DNA from: a virus
Direction: 5' to 3' (one strand)
Virus record (IMG/VR): IMGVR_UViG_3300022074_000006
Span: 69,293 to 133,292 of that record
DNA length: 64,000 nt
Made by a program: the position numbers and the translations under genes. The notes below the pieces were generated by a model, which saw nothing but the letters and a program-made list of their open reading frames with translations, searched no databases and was not told where the DNA came from. Positions within the stretch are counted from its first letter, which is position 1, and every line of letters begins with the position of its first letter. Of this stretch, positions 38,001-45,667 are shown in pieces.

Positions 38001-38681
38001 GGTGCTGGAGAAAGAATTATGAACTCTATGCGAGACGATGGAAGAACTCCTGCTGTATCTCCTCCCAAGGGAGGCCTTAACGCCAAAAACACAGAGGTGA
38101 TTAGAGAAAAGATGCTAGTTAAAGCACTACAAGCGTCAAAAGCTCTGAGCCCACCTATTGCAGGACAAAATGGTGCAAGAACGATCAAGATAGGCCCTAA
38201 AACATACCCAATCATAAAAGCTGCTGTCAAATCTGTGCATCCACACATCAACTATGGAGTTACAGGAGGCGCAATAAAAGGTGCATCAGTCTCAGGTGAG
38301 CTTACTGGTATTGAGAAAATGGCTGCGTTTGTGAAAGCAAGAAGGCAGTTCGAAGAAAGAACTGCCAACCCAAAGCATACTGAAAGTACAGCAGGTGCTC
38401 CAGGAGTTCCGCTTACTACCGTGACGGGAGCAAACACTTCTATAACACTGGACTTGATAGGGTGCCCTTCACTTCAGATAGGGGCAATGTATTTTATTGA
38501 TTTCTATACTAATACAGACATAGACAATTTCTATATTGTCAACAAGATTGAACATAAGATTACCGGCAATTCATTTACGACTTCTGCTACACTGACGTTG
38601 TGGGACAGCAGCAACAAGCACACAGTGCCTGGAGATATTGATGGAATCAATAGGCTCCTGGAGACAGAAGATAAACAATAG
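35007..38681 (+). CDS. Baseplate hub-like protein (gp27/gpD-like C-terminus), 1224 aa
   Basis: C-terminal ITLDLIGCPSLQIG...FYIVNKIEHKITGNSFTTSATL is typical of hub proteins; follows the LysM-like gene. Confidence 0.55.
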   Translation: MSKEYLDRRKRRWAYRHLIGELGLAPPATDRSAGDWNPGQVAEKSIKTLKDLGVPGGVGDQNWIIAPATIKPDSAIASTAVEVLVNFLETNQTVSSLFKDLETYYKSTDGEAISDLVVRVGRSLGNPTVESNQKSFIEILGIEKAADVGKNLFLKQASKFTRNVGSRSKAAILQNMLESENLKVCNPDYKYTPDSPVNCAVHTLFINGTTSTEILGGTDTTLFMNYIPNSILSRAVPFLEISMTMGNKGRKRLFQSMGPSLILGDPLGSKKNPAFDARFATRISDKFPSPQPMITNDTFNLPQTLGSSRKQTAAFHNYPDPVPRDQFAPFVTIQDFSLNFDGSNLSDLMESAGLVKGNLKLFFPDKTKMTNVDQLILSSNNELKLELHFGWSISPNEIGDARSAIISYMNSQRIKIMTSTTMGSIRFTQSGGAEVDLLLYGTGDEKDPTVNMSNADISSHIEIFGRTQTRYLRFAENYLGRTSSQNQDILDLALPDDTSRVIRKVQPARKKSLNRKSRASISQGNKNRAVRHYSLAGLKKIKGSLNKFKDADLIAEKISTLADADDSEKQESYLSFDATSGVFYDYLTAIIEAAEHKHYNINRRNKKDRTKHALLKKAVTVKTMKVTAPKAKALQENYQAVRNAAESLYNSIDKKFKNNKKHKSAPEFIKLVKAKKVLTATLRTGCDILLTANLNARPIMNFIQSKGLNTPFPPTQDVINKNRETLVNVKASAVPFANFTVTKGPLPKSVLRPRTDAQLKQRNALQKKMKEISSLDESSLTNTRFVFMHFPRRFMLSNGIVVDRNPKSPKHLMSTGRPIPGDLQTSIKSNNHIASFWMQEGTKKRSPPAYRYLTLSYVVHTTLVQSLYASGDYEEIQVIYFKYNSKCARFSNQNIGDTPIHIDTIKSKWQGSEGDPYAFIGQLLGEINNSNSSGVPHGFRRKPGTSRKKGELYEDQVVPKVERINRMLSAKHPQKGKENVLVKILRIAFVDRTSTSDSGAGERIMNSMRDDGRTPAVSPPKGGLNAKNTEVIREKMLVKALQASKALSPPIAGQNGARTIKIGPKTYPIIKAAVKSVHPHINYGVTGGAIKGASVSGELTGIEKMAAFVKARRQFEERTANPKHTESTAGAPGVPLTTVTGANTSITLDLIGCPSLQIGAMYFIDFYTNTDIDNFYIVNKIEHKITGNSFTTSATLTLWDSSNKHTVPGDIDGINRLLETEDKQ

Positions 38682-38694
38682 AAAGTCACAAGTC

Positions 38695-38723
38695 TTGAAC
38701 ATTTATATTGACGCGTCTACATT
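38695..38723 (+). promoter_or_regulatory. sigma70-type promoter, probably leaderless, for the PolA-like gene
   Basis: TTGAAC-17 nt-TACATT, then 8 nt to ATG 38732; no Shine-Dalgarno. Confidence 0.6.
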
Positions 38724-38731
38724 TTATACCT

Positions 38732-39910
38732 ATGAAGATCTGCATACCTGGTTCTACTTTAGGAAGAAAAGAGAGTATACTGGTTCAGCATGACGATGTC
38801 CGCATTGTTGATCAGATTCCAAAAGATGCTTGGGTTATAGGCAACCATCCTGGCTTCTTGTCACCCAGCGAAATTTTAGACATATTCAATATAGAGAATA
38901 TAATCACCTGCCTGTATACAGACTCTGAAGCAAAATCTTTTGAGATTCTAGGCAAAGACCCGAAAAAAGTGCCTTGGTATCATGTTCTCGGATCAAGTGA
39001 AATAAAGTCCAGGATTGGAAAGATTTCTAGTGCACTAAACAAAGCTTTTGAGAGACCAGACCTCAAATCTTATAAAGATATATATGTCGGGACGAAAAGT
39101 CTCTTAGACAGTCTTTCTCCAGCTCTTATCAACATCGAAGAACTTAAGTCTTCTTTGAAAAAAGAAAAAAATCCGAGCATAAAGACTACACTTAGGTCGT
39201 TTATTCCCACTTCGAGAGAAGAATCGCTTCCTCCACTATATAGCCAAACCTCAACGTCTACAGGGCGCCTAACAGTAAAGTCCGGACCTTCTATCTTGAC
39301 CCTCCCGTCAAAGCACAGGAAAATATTAAGATCTCGGTACGAAAACGGATCAATAGTGTGCGTGGATTTTAAGTCTCTGGAGCCTAGAGTTGCACTTTCT
39401 GTAATAGGCAAAGAGGCACCTGAAGATATATACACGTTCATATCGTCTAACATACTAGAAAAAAAGTCTGAAAGATCTGTAGCAAAAATTGCTACCATTG
39501 CTGCACTTTACGGAATATCTTTTAGAAAATTCCAGGAAATGTCTGGATGCAAAGACAGGTACGTGCTGGAAAAAGTAAAAGAGTACTTTGAGGTCAAGCG
39601 ACTTTCTAAGCAACTTGAAGGTAACAATTTTTTAAATTACTTTGGAAGAATGCTTGATAGTCAAACACTCCCTCATGTGAGAGTGAGCCATTTTGTCCAG
39701 TCTACATCTTGTGACGTTGTTAATATTGCTTTTTGGAATCTCATCAAAGATATGAAGAGTAGATCATTAAAGATCGATCCGATCTACGTTTTGCACGACG
39801 CTCTAATATTAGATTCTAGCAGGGAAGACCTTTCCGAACTAAAAGGCATGTGCTACAATGGTCTAGAAACACTGCTAGGAAAATTTCCTGTAGAGGTCAG
39901 CAAGTTCTAA
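38732..39910 (+). CDS. polA: Short family-A DNA polymerase (polymerase domain only, 392 aa)
   Basis: TSTGRLT, motif A DFKSLEPRV, motif B RSVAKIATIAALYG, VQSTSCD, motif C VLHDALILD. Start moved to ATG 38732. Confidence 0.85.
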   Translation: MKICIPGSTLGRKESILVQHDDVRIVDQIPKDAWVIGNHPGFLSPSEILDIFNIENIITCLYTDSEAKSFEILGKDPKKVPWYHVLGSSEIKSRIGKISSALNKAFERPDLKSYKDIYVGTKSLLDSLSPALINIEELKSSLKKEKNPSIKTTLRSFIPTSREESLPPLYSQTSTSTGRLTVKSGPSILTLPSKHRKILRSRYENGSIVCVDFKSLEPRVALSVIGKEAPEDIYTFISSNILEKKSERSVAKIATIAALYGISFRKFQEMSGCKDRYVLEKVKEYFEVKRLSKQLEGNNFLNYFGRMLDSQTLPHVRVSHFVQSTSCDVVNIAFWNLIKDMKSRSLKIDPIYVLHDALILDSSREDLSELKGMCYNGLETLLGKFPVEVSKF

Positions 39911-39939
39911 AATATTTACTTATGAATGGAGATCCACTT

Positions 39940-40434
39940 ATGAACATCGATGAGATTATCTATAGAGCGATTAGTGATATCAATGAAGAGACTAAAAAGT
40001 CTGAAAAGCCTAAGGCGATAAGGGCAAAAGTAGGCAGAGGAAACATCAAAAAATACATAAGAGAAGGAAAAGCAAGAGCTGAAAACGACCCAGAAAACCT
40101 CCTGAAAGACTTAGGCGTAAACACATCGTCCCTTCGGGACGACACAAAGTCAGGGTCAGGATTTCGTGATAAGATCGCTTACATTGTTGGCAGATCAATT
40201 CAAATAAACGAAGCCATGGCTGTTGCCTTTACAGGAATGAGATATGAAGATGGTTCAGATACAATTGTTGTCCGAACTGATTCAAATCTGGTAAACTCTA
40301 GAGATGGAGCCCTTTATATGAACAACGTTCTAAAGGCTGCTCAGAATTCTGAATCGATTTCCGTAGAAGAGGACATCGACATAATGCCTGCAGGCACTGA
40401 TTCTGTTGACATTAAATTTATACCTTTGGACTAG
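39940..40434 (+). CDS. Hypothetical protein, candidate internal head protein
   Basis: GGAG RBS before ATG 39940; ATATTTA at 39912-39918; INE/IRE candidate cleavage motifs. Confidence 0.6.
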   Translation: MNIDEIIYRAISDINEETKKSEKPKAIRAKVGRGNIKKYIREGKARAENDPENLLKDLGVNTSSLRDDTKSGSGFRDKIAYIVGRSIQINEAMAVAFTGMRYEDGSDTIVVRTDSNLVNSRDGALYMNNVLKAAQNSESISVEEDIDIMPAGTDSVDIKFIPLD

Positions 40435-40445
40435 TCTCATATAAT
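40417..40445 (+). promoter_or_regulatory. sigma70-type promoter, probably leaderless, for the HD-like gene
   Basis: TTTATA-17 nt-TATAAT, then 6 nt to ATG 40452; no Shine-Dalgarno. Confidence 0.65.
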
Positions 40446-40451
40446 TTATTT

Positions 40452-41030
40452 ATGAATAAAACAGAAAACTTAGAAGAAATTTGGAGCAAGTACTCTTCTC
40501 TGTTCGTCAAGGCATTTGGAGACTCTGAAGGAGTTTCTGACTTTCTAGACGTGCTAGGAGAAAGAATTGTAATGTGCCCTGGAGCTCACAAAGCAGACAT
40601 GAAGTATTGTGAACCAGGTGGTCTCATGAAGATGTCTATAGACACAGCGATCACTATGAAAAAAATAGCAGAGTCGCTTTCTCTAAATGTTGAGTCGGCA
40701 TCGATACTGAGGGTAGCTCTTTCTCATGAACTGGGAAAAATCGGATCTTTAGAAGAACCTTACTTTCTGGATCAAGACTCCGATTGGCACAGAGAAAAAC
40801 TAGGTGCACATTACAAATTTAATGAAAAGCTGGAAAGAACTCCAGTTTCTCACATGTCTTGCTTTCTTTTAAACACGTTCGGCCTGAAGCTTAACTGGGA
40901 AGAAACCAGAGCTTTAATGACATCAGGTGGACCAGGACGAGAAGAAAACAAGCCCTATGGATACACAAACTCACCTTTGCAATCACTAGTCCAGGCTGCT
41001 AAATTATTTACTGTCAACATGTCATCATAG
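40452..41030 (+). CDS. HD-domain-like protein with degenerate metal ligands
   Basis: PGGLMKMS and ALSHELGKIG align by eye to the GGLxEHS and LLHDxGKIG motifs of HD hydrolases. Confidence 0.6.
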   Translation: MNKTENLEEIWSKYSSLFVKAFGDSEGVSDFLDVLGERIVMCPGAHKADMKYCEPGGLMKMSIDTAITMKKIAESLSLNVESASILRVALSHELGKIGSLEEPYFLDQDSDWHREKLGAHYKFNEKLERTPVSHMSCFLLNTFGLKLNWEETRALMTSGGPGREENKPYGYTNSPLQSLVQAAKLFTVNMSS

Positions 41031-41054
41031 ATCTCAACACATATACTTAGAGAT

Positions 41055-41240
41055 ATGCAAGCTAAGACACTAAGAGAAATCATTCGACTTTACATCCTAG
41101 AAGTCAGCAAGAAGAAAAAAGATTTAATCACAGAGCCTCAGACGCACGAAGAACAAGAAGACGAACAAAAGAATGAGTTTTCCGCCGGCGGAGTCGCTGG
41201 TGCACCTTCTGTTCGTAGAAAAAAACCTAAATACAAATAA
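41055..41240 (+). CDS. Small hypothetical protein (61 aa), candidate internal head protein
   Basis: ATACTTA at 41043-41049; LRE/ILE/ITE motifs. Confidence 0.55.
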   Translation: MQAKTLREIIRLYILEVSKKKKDLITEPQTHEEQEDEQKNEFSAGGVAGAPSVRRKKPKYK

Positions 41241-41250
41241 AACAAACATT

Positions 41251-41279
41251 TTGAACATTTAACTTAGTTGCTGTATTGT
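41251..41279 (+). promoter_or_regulatory. sigma70-type promoter for the SSB-to-clpP operon
   Basis: TTGAAC-17 nt-TATTGT; AAGGAG RBS ahead of ATG 41330. Confidence 0.6.
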
Positions 41280-41329
41280 ACAGATACACAACATTCAATT
41301 TAGACAATTGAAATTTTAAAGGAGAAAAC

Positions 41330-42124
41330 ATGGCTATCGATTTCGATGCAATTCGCAAGAAACTGTCCCAGCTTTCGGGAACAAACAACAAAAAGTCAAT
41401 GACGTGGCGACCAACAGAAGGTGAAGACGCCACGATTCGACTCCTGTCATTTCAGGACAATGACGGCCAACCTTTTCAGGAGCGCTGGTTTTACTACAAC
41501 ATCGGCAACAACCCCGGCCTTTTGGCACCGTATCAGTTTAACAAGCCTGACCCGATCCAAGAGTTGATTACAAAGCTTAGAGACGATGGTGCTAAGGAAT
41601 CATACGAGCTCGCAAAAAAGCTATACCCAAAGATGCGGTGTTATGCACCTGTAGTCGTCCGAGGGGAAGAAGAAAAGGGTGTGAGGATCTGGTCGTTTGG
41701 TAAGACAGTGTATCAGTCACTCTTGAACATTATGCTTGATGAAGATTATGGTGATATCACAGACCCAACTGAAGGTAGAGATGTCAAGGTGATTTGCACA
41801 AAAGCACCCGGCAGGATGTGGGCAACAACTGAAGTTCGACCTCGCGGAAAAGCGTCTCCCTTGTCGACAGACAAGAATCAGACGCAAACTTGGACAAACA
41901 ACATCCCAGACCTTTCCACTATGTTTGAGCTTAAGTCATATGACGAGCTGGAAAAGATTGTAAATGACTGGATTAACGGTGAGTCGGATGAAGACGACCT
42001 GGGAACAACTGGAAATGCAGGCCCAAGTCAAACAAAGACACAGACGACGTCTACAGGAGGCAGCGGGGACTCTAAGTCTTATAAGTCCCTTGATGAAGCA
42101 TTTGCAGATCTAGACAGTTTCTAA
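41330..42124 (+). CDS. Single-stranded DNA-binding protein (T4 gp32-like)
   Basis: IRLLSFQDNDGQPF, GVRIWSFGKTVY, DYGDITDPTEGRD and an acidic tail LDEAFADLDSF. Confidence 0.88.
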   Translation: MAIDFDAIRKKLSQLSGTNNKKSMTWRPTEGEDATIRLLSFQDNDGQPFQERWFYYNIGNNPGLLAPYQFNKPDPIQELITKLRDDGAKESYELAKKLYPKMRCYAPVVVRGEEEKGVRIWSFGKTVYQSLLNIMLDEDYGDITDPTEGRDVKVICTKAPGRMWATTEVRPRGKASPLSTDKNQTQTWTNNIPDLSTMFELKSYDELEKIVNDWINGESDEDDLGTTGNAGPSQTKTQTTSTGGSGDSKSYKSLDEAFADLDSF

Positions 42125-42138
42125 GGAGTAGGATCTAA

Positions 42139-43317
42139 ATGGGTTCCAAGAAGTCACAGACACAAGACTTTGCTTCTGACTTAATAAAGTCTCTCAATAA
42201 AGAACATGGTAGTAAAGTTGCTTACAATCTAGCGTATGATGAGTCGCCGACACACGTCAAAAGGTGGGTTTCAACAGGCTCGCGTCAGCTAGATTATATT
42301 GTTTCAAATAGGTCAGAAGGCGGTTTACCAGAAGGGCGGATTGTAGAGATTTTTGGTCCGCCCTCTATCGGAAAATCACACATTGCAATTCAGATTGCTA
42401 GATCCACCCAATCTATGGGTGGTATCGTGGTATACATAGATACAGAAAATGCTACTAGTGTAGAAAATCTGTCTTTGTTGGGTGTGGATATCAGCAAGAG
42501 GTTTGTGTACATCGATACACACTGTACCGAAGAAGTTTTGGGAATTGCTGAGTCTACCATCCTAAAGGCACGATCTATGGAGAAAGACGTTCCGATAACA
42601 ATTATTTGGGACAGTGTTGCAGCGTCTTCCCCCAAGGCGGAGCTTACTGGAGATTATGATCAAAACTCTATAGGGCTTCAAGCACGTGCTATATCTAAGG
42701 GTATGAGAAAGATTACGGGCGTGATTGGGCAAACCAACGCACTCTTCATATGCCTAAACCAGATTCGAACGAACATTGGTGTCATGTACGGAGATCCAAC
42801 GACAACACCGGGTGGAAAAGCTATTCCTTTCCACTCTTCTGTGAGGATTAAGCTCGGAGCAGGTCAGCAGATTACCAACAAGGACAAGGAAGTCATTGGC
42901 ATAAATGTTTCAGCAAAAACTATTAAGAACAAAGTATCAGCACCGTTCAGGACTTGCAATTTCGAGATTCATTTTGGAAAAGGTATTGCTGAACATGAAC
43001 AGCTTTTTGATGTTTTAAGAAAGCATGGCAAGGTTGAGACAGCAACTCATGCAATTGAAGTAGGCGGCACGGGGTCATGGAAGACCTTTATGGTGTCTGA
43101 TAGAAAGACCGGTGAAATCTTAATTGAAAAGAAGTTCTACAAGGCTGATTTCAATGACCTCCTAGCAGACGAAAAGTTTAAGCCCTATTTGGATCAGCTT
43201 ATAGAAGGTGTCTTTATAAGAGGTATTGAAAATCCAGTTGAGATGGAGATTGACACTGAGTCTTATGAAGAAGTAAGATCCATAGCTTTAGAAATTGAAG
43301 ATGATCTAATTTCATGA
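42139..43317 (+). CDS. uvsX: UvsX/RecA-family recombinase
   Basis: STGSRQLD, GLPEGRIVEIFGPPSIGKS (Walker A), YIDTE, WDSVAA, PGGKAIPFHSSVRI. Confidence 0.95.
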   Translation: MGSKKSQTQDFASDLIKSLNKEHGSKVAYNLAYDESPTHVKRWVSTGSRQLDYIVSNRSEGGLPEGRIVEIFGPPSIGKSHIAIQIARSTQSMGGIVVYIDTENATSVENLSLLGVDISKRFVYIDTHCTEEVLGIAESTILKARSMEKDVPITIIWDSVAASSPKAELTGDYDQNSIGLQARAISKGMRKITGVIGQTNALFICLNQIRTNIGVMYGDPTTTPGGKAIPFHSSVRIKLGAGQQITNKDKEVIGINVSAKTIKNKVSAPFRTCNFEIHFGKGIAEHEQLFDVLRKHGKVETATHAIEVGGTGSWKTFMVSDRKTGEILIEKKFYKADFNDLLADEKFKPYLDQLIEGVFIRGIENPVEMEIDTESYEEVRSIALEIEDDLIS

Positions 43318-44270
43318 ACGATAAGCCAGTAATTCTGATAGATGGCTTAAATATATTTACACGGCACTACGTTGCTAACCCCACAATGTCATTCGATGGA
43401 AGTCATGTCGGAGGCCTTGTGGGGTTTCTTAAGAACATACGACTTCTATGTGAAAAATTCAATCCTCGGGCTGTATGTGTTGCATGGGAAGGCGGTGGGT
43501 CTCAAAGAAGAAGAGCCGTTAGAAAGTCATATAAAGGCAAAAGAAGACCTGTAAAGCTAAATCGGTTTTACGAAGATCTACCTAACACTTATCAAAATAG
43601 AGATAGACAACTTGTTGACCTCATAAGCTTTCTTAAAAAGTTGCCAATCATACAAGTTTACGTCCCTGACTGTGAAGGGGATGATATTGTTGCACACTTA
43701 GCAGAAAACACCTTTAGAAGCGACCGATGCCTAATAATATCTTCTGACAAAGACCTGTATCAGTGTATTAACGAGCGGGTAAGCCAATGGTCTCCAGGAA
43801 GAAAGAAAATTATGACACCCGACAGCGTTCTGGAAGAGTTTGGAGTATGTGCTTCTAACTTTGCACTAACCAGATCTTTTGTAGGAGATCCATCAGATGG
43901 CATCAAAGGCGTAAAGGGCGCTGGTTTCAAAACAATGGCTAAAAGATTTACAGTTCTTTCTGATCATGAAGACGTCCTTGCAGAGGATATTTTTGAAATT
44001 GCCAAAAATAATAGTGTAAAAAAGTCTCCTGAAATCTATACTCGTATAGTACAAAACAAAGATCTGGTGATAGAGAACATGAGGCTGATGATGTTGGGTG
44101 GAAAAAACATATCGGGTGAACAACGCTTAAAGATAAACTCAATTGTCGAGAACTATGAGTTTACCCCCAACAAGTTAGAACTGTTCAGAATGTTCATGAA
44201 GAGAGAAATAAAGAACTTCGATATCGACGCTCTTTGGCTATCAGTAAAACATCTCAATATTGCTACTTAA
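43314..44270 (+). CDS. 5'-3' exonuclease/flap endonuclease (T4 RNase H-like)
   Basis: LIDGLN, EGDDIVA, SSDKDLYQ, GDPSDGIKGVKGAG (helix-3-turn-helix). Confidence 0.92.
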   Translation: MNDKPVILIDGLNIFTRHYVANPTMSFDGSHVGGLVGFLKNIRLLCEKFNPRAVCVAWEGGGSQRRRAVRKSYKGKRRPVKLNRFYEDLPNTYQNRDRQLVDLISFLKKLPIIQVYVPDCEGDDIVAHLAENTFRSDRCLIISSDKDLYQCINERVSQWSPGRKKIMTPDSVLEEFGVCASNFALTRSFVGDPSDGIKGVKGAGFKTMAKRFTVLSDHEDVLAEDIFEIAKNNSVKKSPEIYTRIVQNKDLVIENMRLMMLGGKNISGEQRLKINSIVENYEFTPNKLELFRMFMKREIKNFDIDALWLSVKHLNIAT

Positions 44271-44284
44271 GAAAGATAAATTTG

Positions 44285-45667
44285 ATGATTGAAAATGACA
44301 ATGGCTATTCCCATTTTGCTCAATACGGAAAACAGTTTCAGGAAACCATATTTCAAGGTCTGATTTCTGACTTACATTGGGCTCAGCAGATGGTCGAAGT
44401 AATGACACCTCACCACTTCGATCTAAAGTACCTAGAGTTCTTGACATCAAAATATTTTTCATATTTTGAAAAGTACAAGTGTTTTCCTACGATGACTCTA
44501 TTAATACAGATAGTCAAGGATGAATTAACAGAGTCAGGTGACACAGTCCTTAGGGACCAAGTAGTTGAGTTTTTGCATCGTCTCAAGGCATCTCCCAACA
44601 TATCTGACGTCAAATATGTCAAGGATAAGTCTCTAGACTTTTGCAAGCGACAGGCATTCAAAGAAGCACTTGAAAAGTCTGTCGAACTTATCTCTACAGA
44701 TAAGTTCGAATCTGTTGTAGACCTAATGAAAGAAGCAGTTGCAATTGGAATGCCACACTCAGTGGGGCACGACTTTTTCAATGATGCTGAAGCGAGGTTT
44801 GTAAAGATCAACAGGAATGTTTGCCCAACTGGTCTAAAAAGAATTGATCAAAAAGATATACTTCAGGGAGGATTGGGACGAGGAGAGCTCGGAGTCGTCA
44901 CAGCCAATACAGGCGTCGGTAAAAGTCATTTTCTTGTCGCGCTAGGCGCAAATGCTTTGAAGGCAGGCAAAAACGTTCTTCACTATACGTTTGAGCTGAC
45001 TGAGCACGCAGTTGGACTACGATATGATTCTAATTTGTGTGAAATAGACAGTAATCAAGTTCAAGACAATAAAGATTTTGTTCTTAAGAAATACGAAGAC
45101 ATGGACTTAGGAAGGCTCATAATTAAAGAATACCCGACAGGATCAGCATCTGTCGTGACCATTAGGAACCACATTGAAAAATTGGCTCTTAAGAACTTTA
45201 AGCCCAGCATAATCATGATAGACTATGCTGACGTAATGAGATCAACTAGGTCTTATGATTCGCTTAGGCATGAGCTTAAGTTAATTTACGAGGAACTAAG
45301 AAACTTGGCAATGGAGTTGAACATTCCAATCTGGACAGCGTCACAAGCGAACAGAGACTCAGCAAAGTCAGACATCGTCGGACTTGAAAATATGTCTGAG
45401 GCATACGGCAAAGCAATGGTCGCAGACGTTGTTTTGTCTCTGTCCAGAAAGCCGATGGAAAAATCAACAAATGAAGGTCGGCTTTTTATAGCAAAAAATC
45501 GAGCCGGACGAGACGGGCTTGTATTTCCTATTCACATTGACACGGCACAGTCTAGGATTGACGTGTTAGATCAGGAACACTTGACTCTATCTGAGGCGAC
45601 GAAGCAAGACAATGCTTCTATGAAGAACTTATTAAAAGAAAAATGGAAAGAGGTTAGCGGACAATGA
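44285..45667 (+). CDS. DnaB-like replicative helicase (T4 gp41-like)
   Basis: GELGVVTANTGVGKS, YTFEL, MIDYAD, WTASQANR, IAKNRAG. Start placed at ATG 44285 (track 44234) to avoid a long overlap. Confidence 0.92.
   Translation: MIENDNGYSHFAQYGKQFQETIFQGLISDLHWAQQMVEVMTPHHFDLKYLEFLTSKYFSYFEKYKCFPTMTLLIQIVKDELTESGDTVLRDQVVEFLHRLKASPNISDVKYVKDKSLDFCKRQAFKEALEKSVELISTDKFESVVDLMKEAVAIGMPHSVGHDFFNDAEARFVKINRNVCPTGLKRIDQKDILQGGLGRGELGVVTANTGVGKSHFLVALGANALKAGKNVLHYTFELTEHAVGLRYDSNLCEIDSNQVQDNKDFVLKKYEDMDLGRLIIKEYPTGSASVVTIRNHIEKLALKNFKPSIIMIDYADVMRSTRSYDSLRHELKLIYEELRNLAMELNIPIWTASQANRDSAKSDIVGLENMSEAYGKAMVADVVLSLSRKPMEKSTNEGRLFIAKNRAGRDGLVFPIHIDTAQSRIDVLDQEHLTLSEATKQDNASMKNLLKEKWKEVSGQ

Noticed and set aside
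18028-38681. Extracellular contractile injection system or tailocin (two sheaths, tube, LysM, hub)
   Set aside because: Terminase, portal, protease, capsid and a replication block are contiguous with it, so this is a complete phage.
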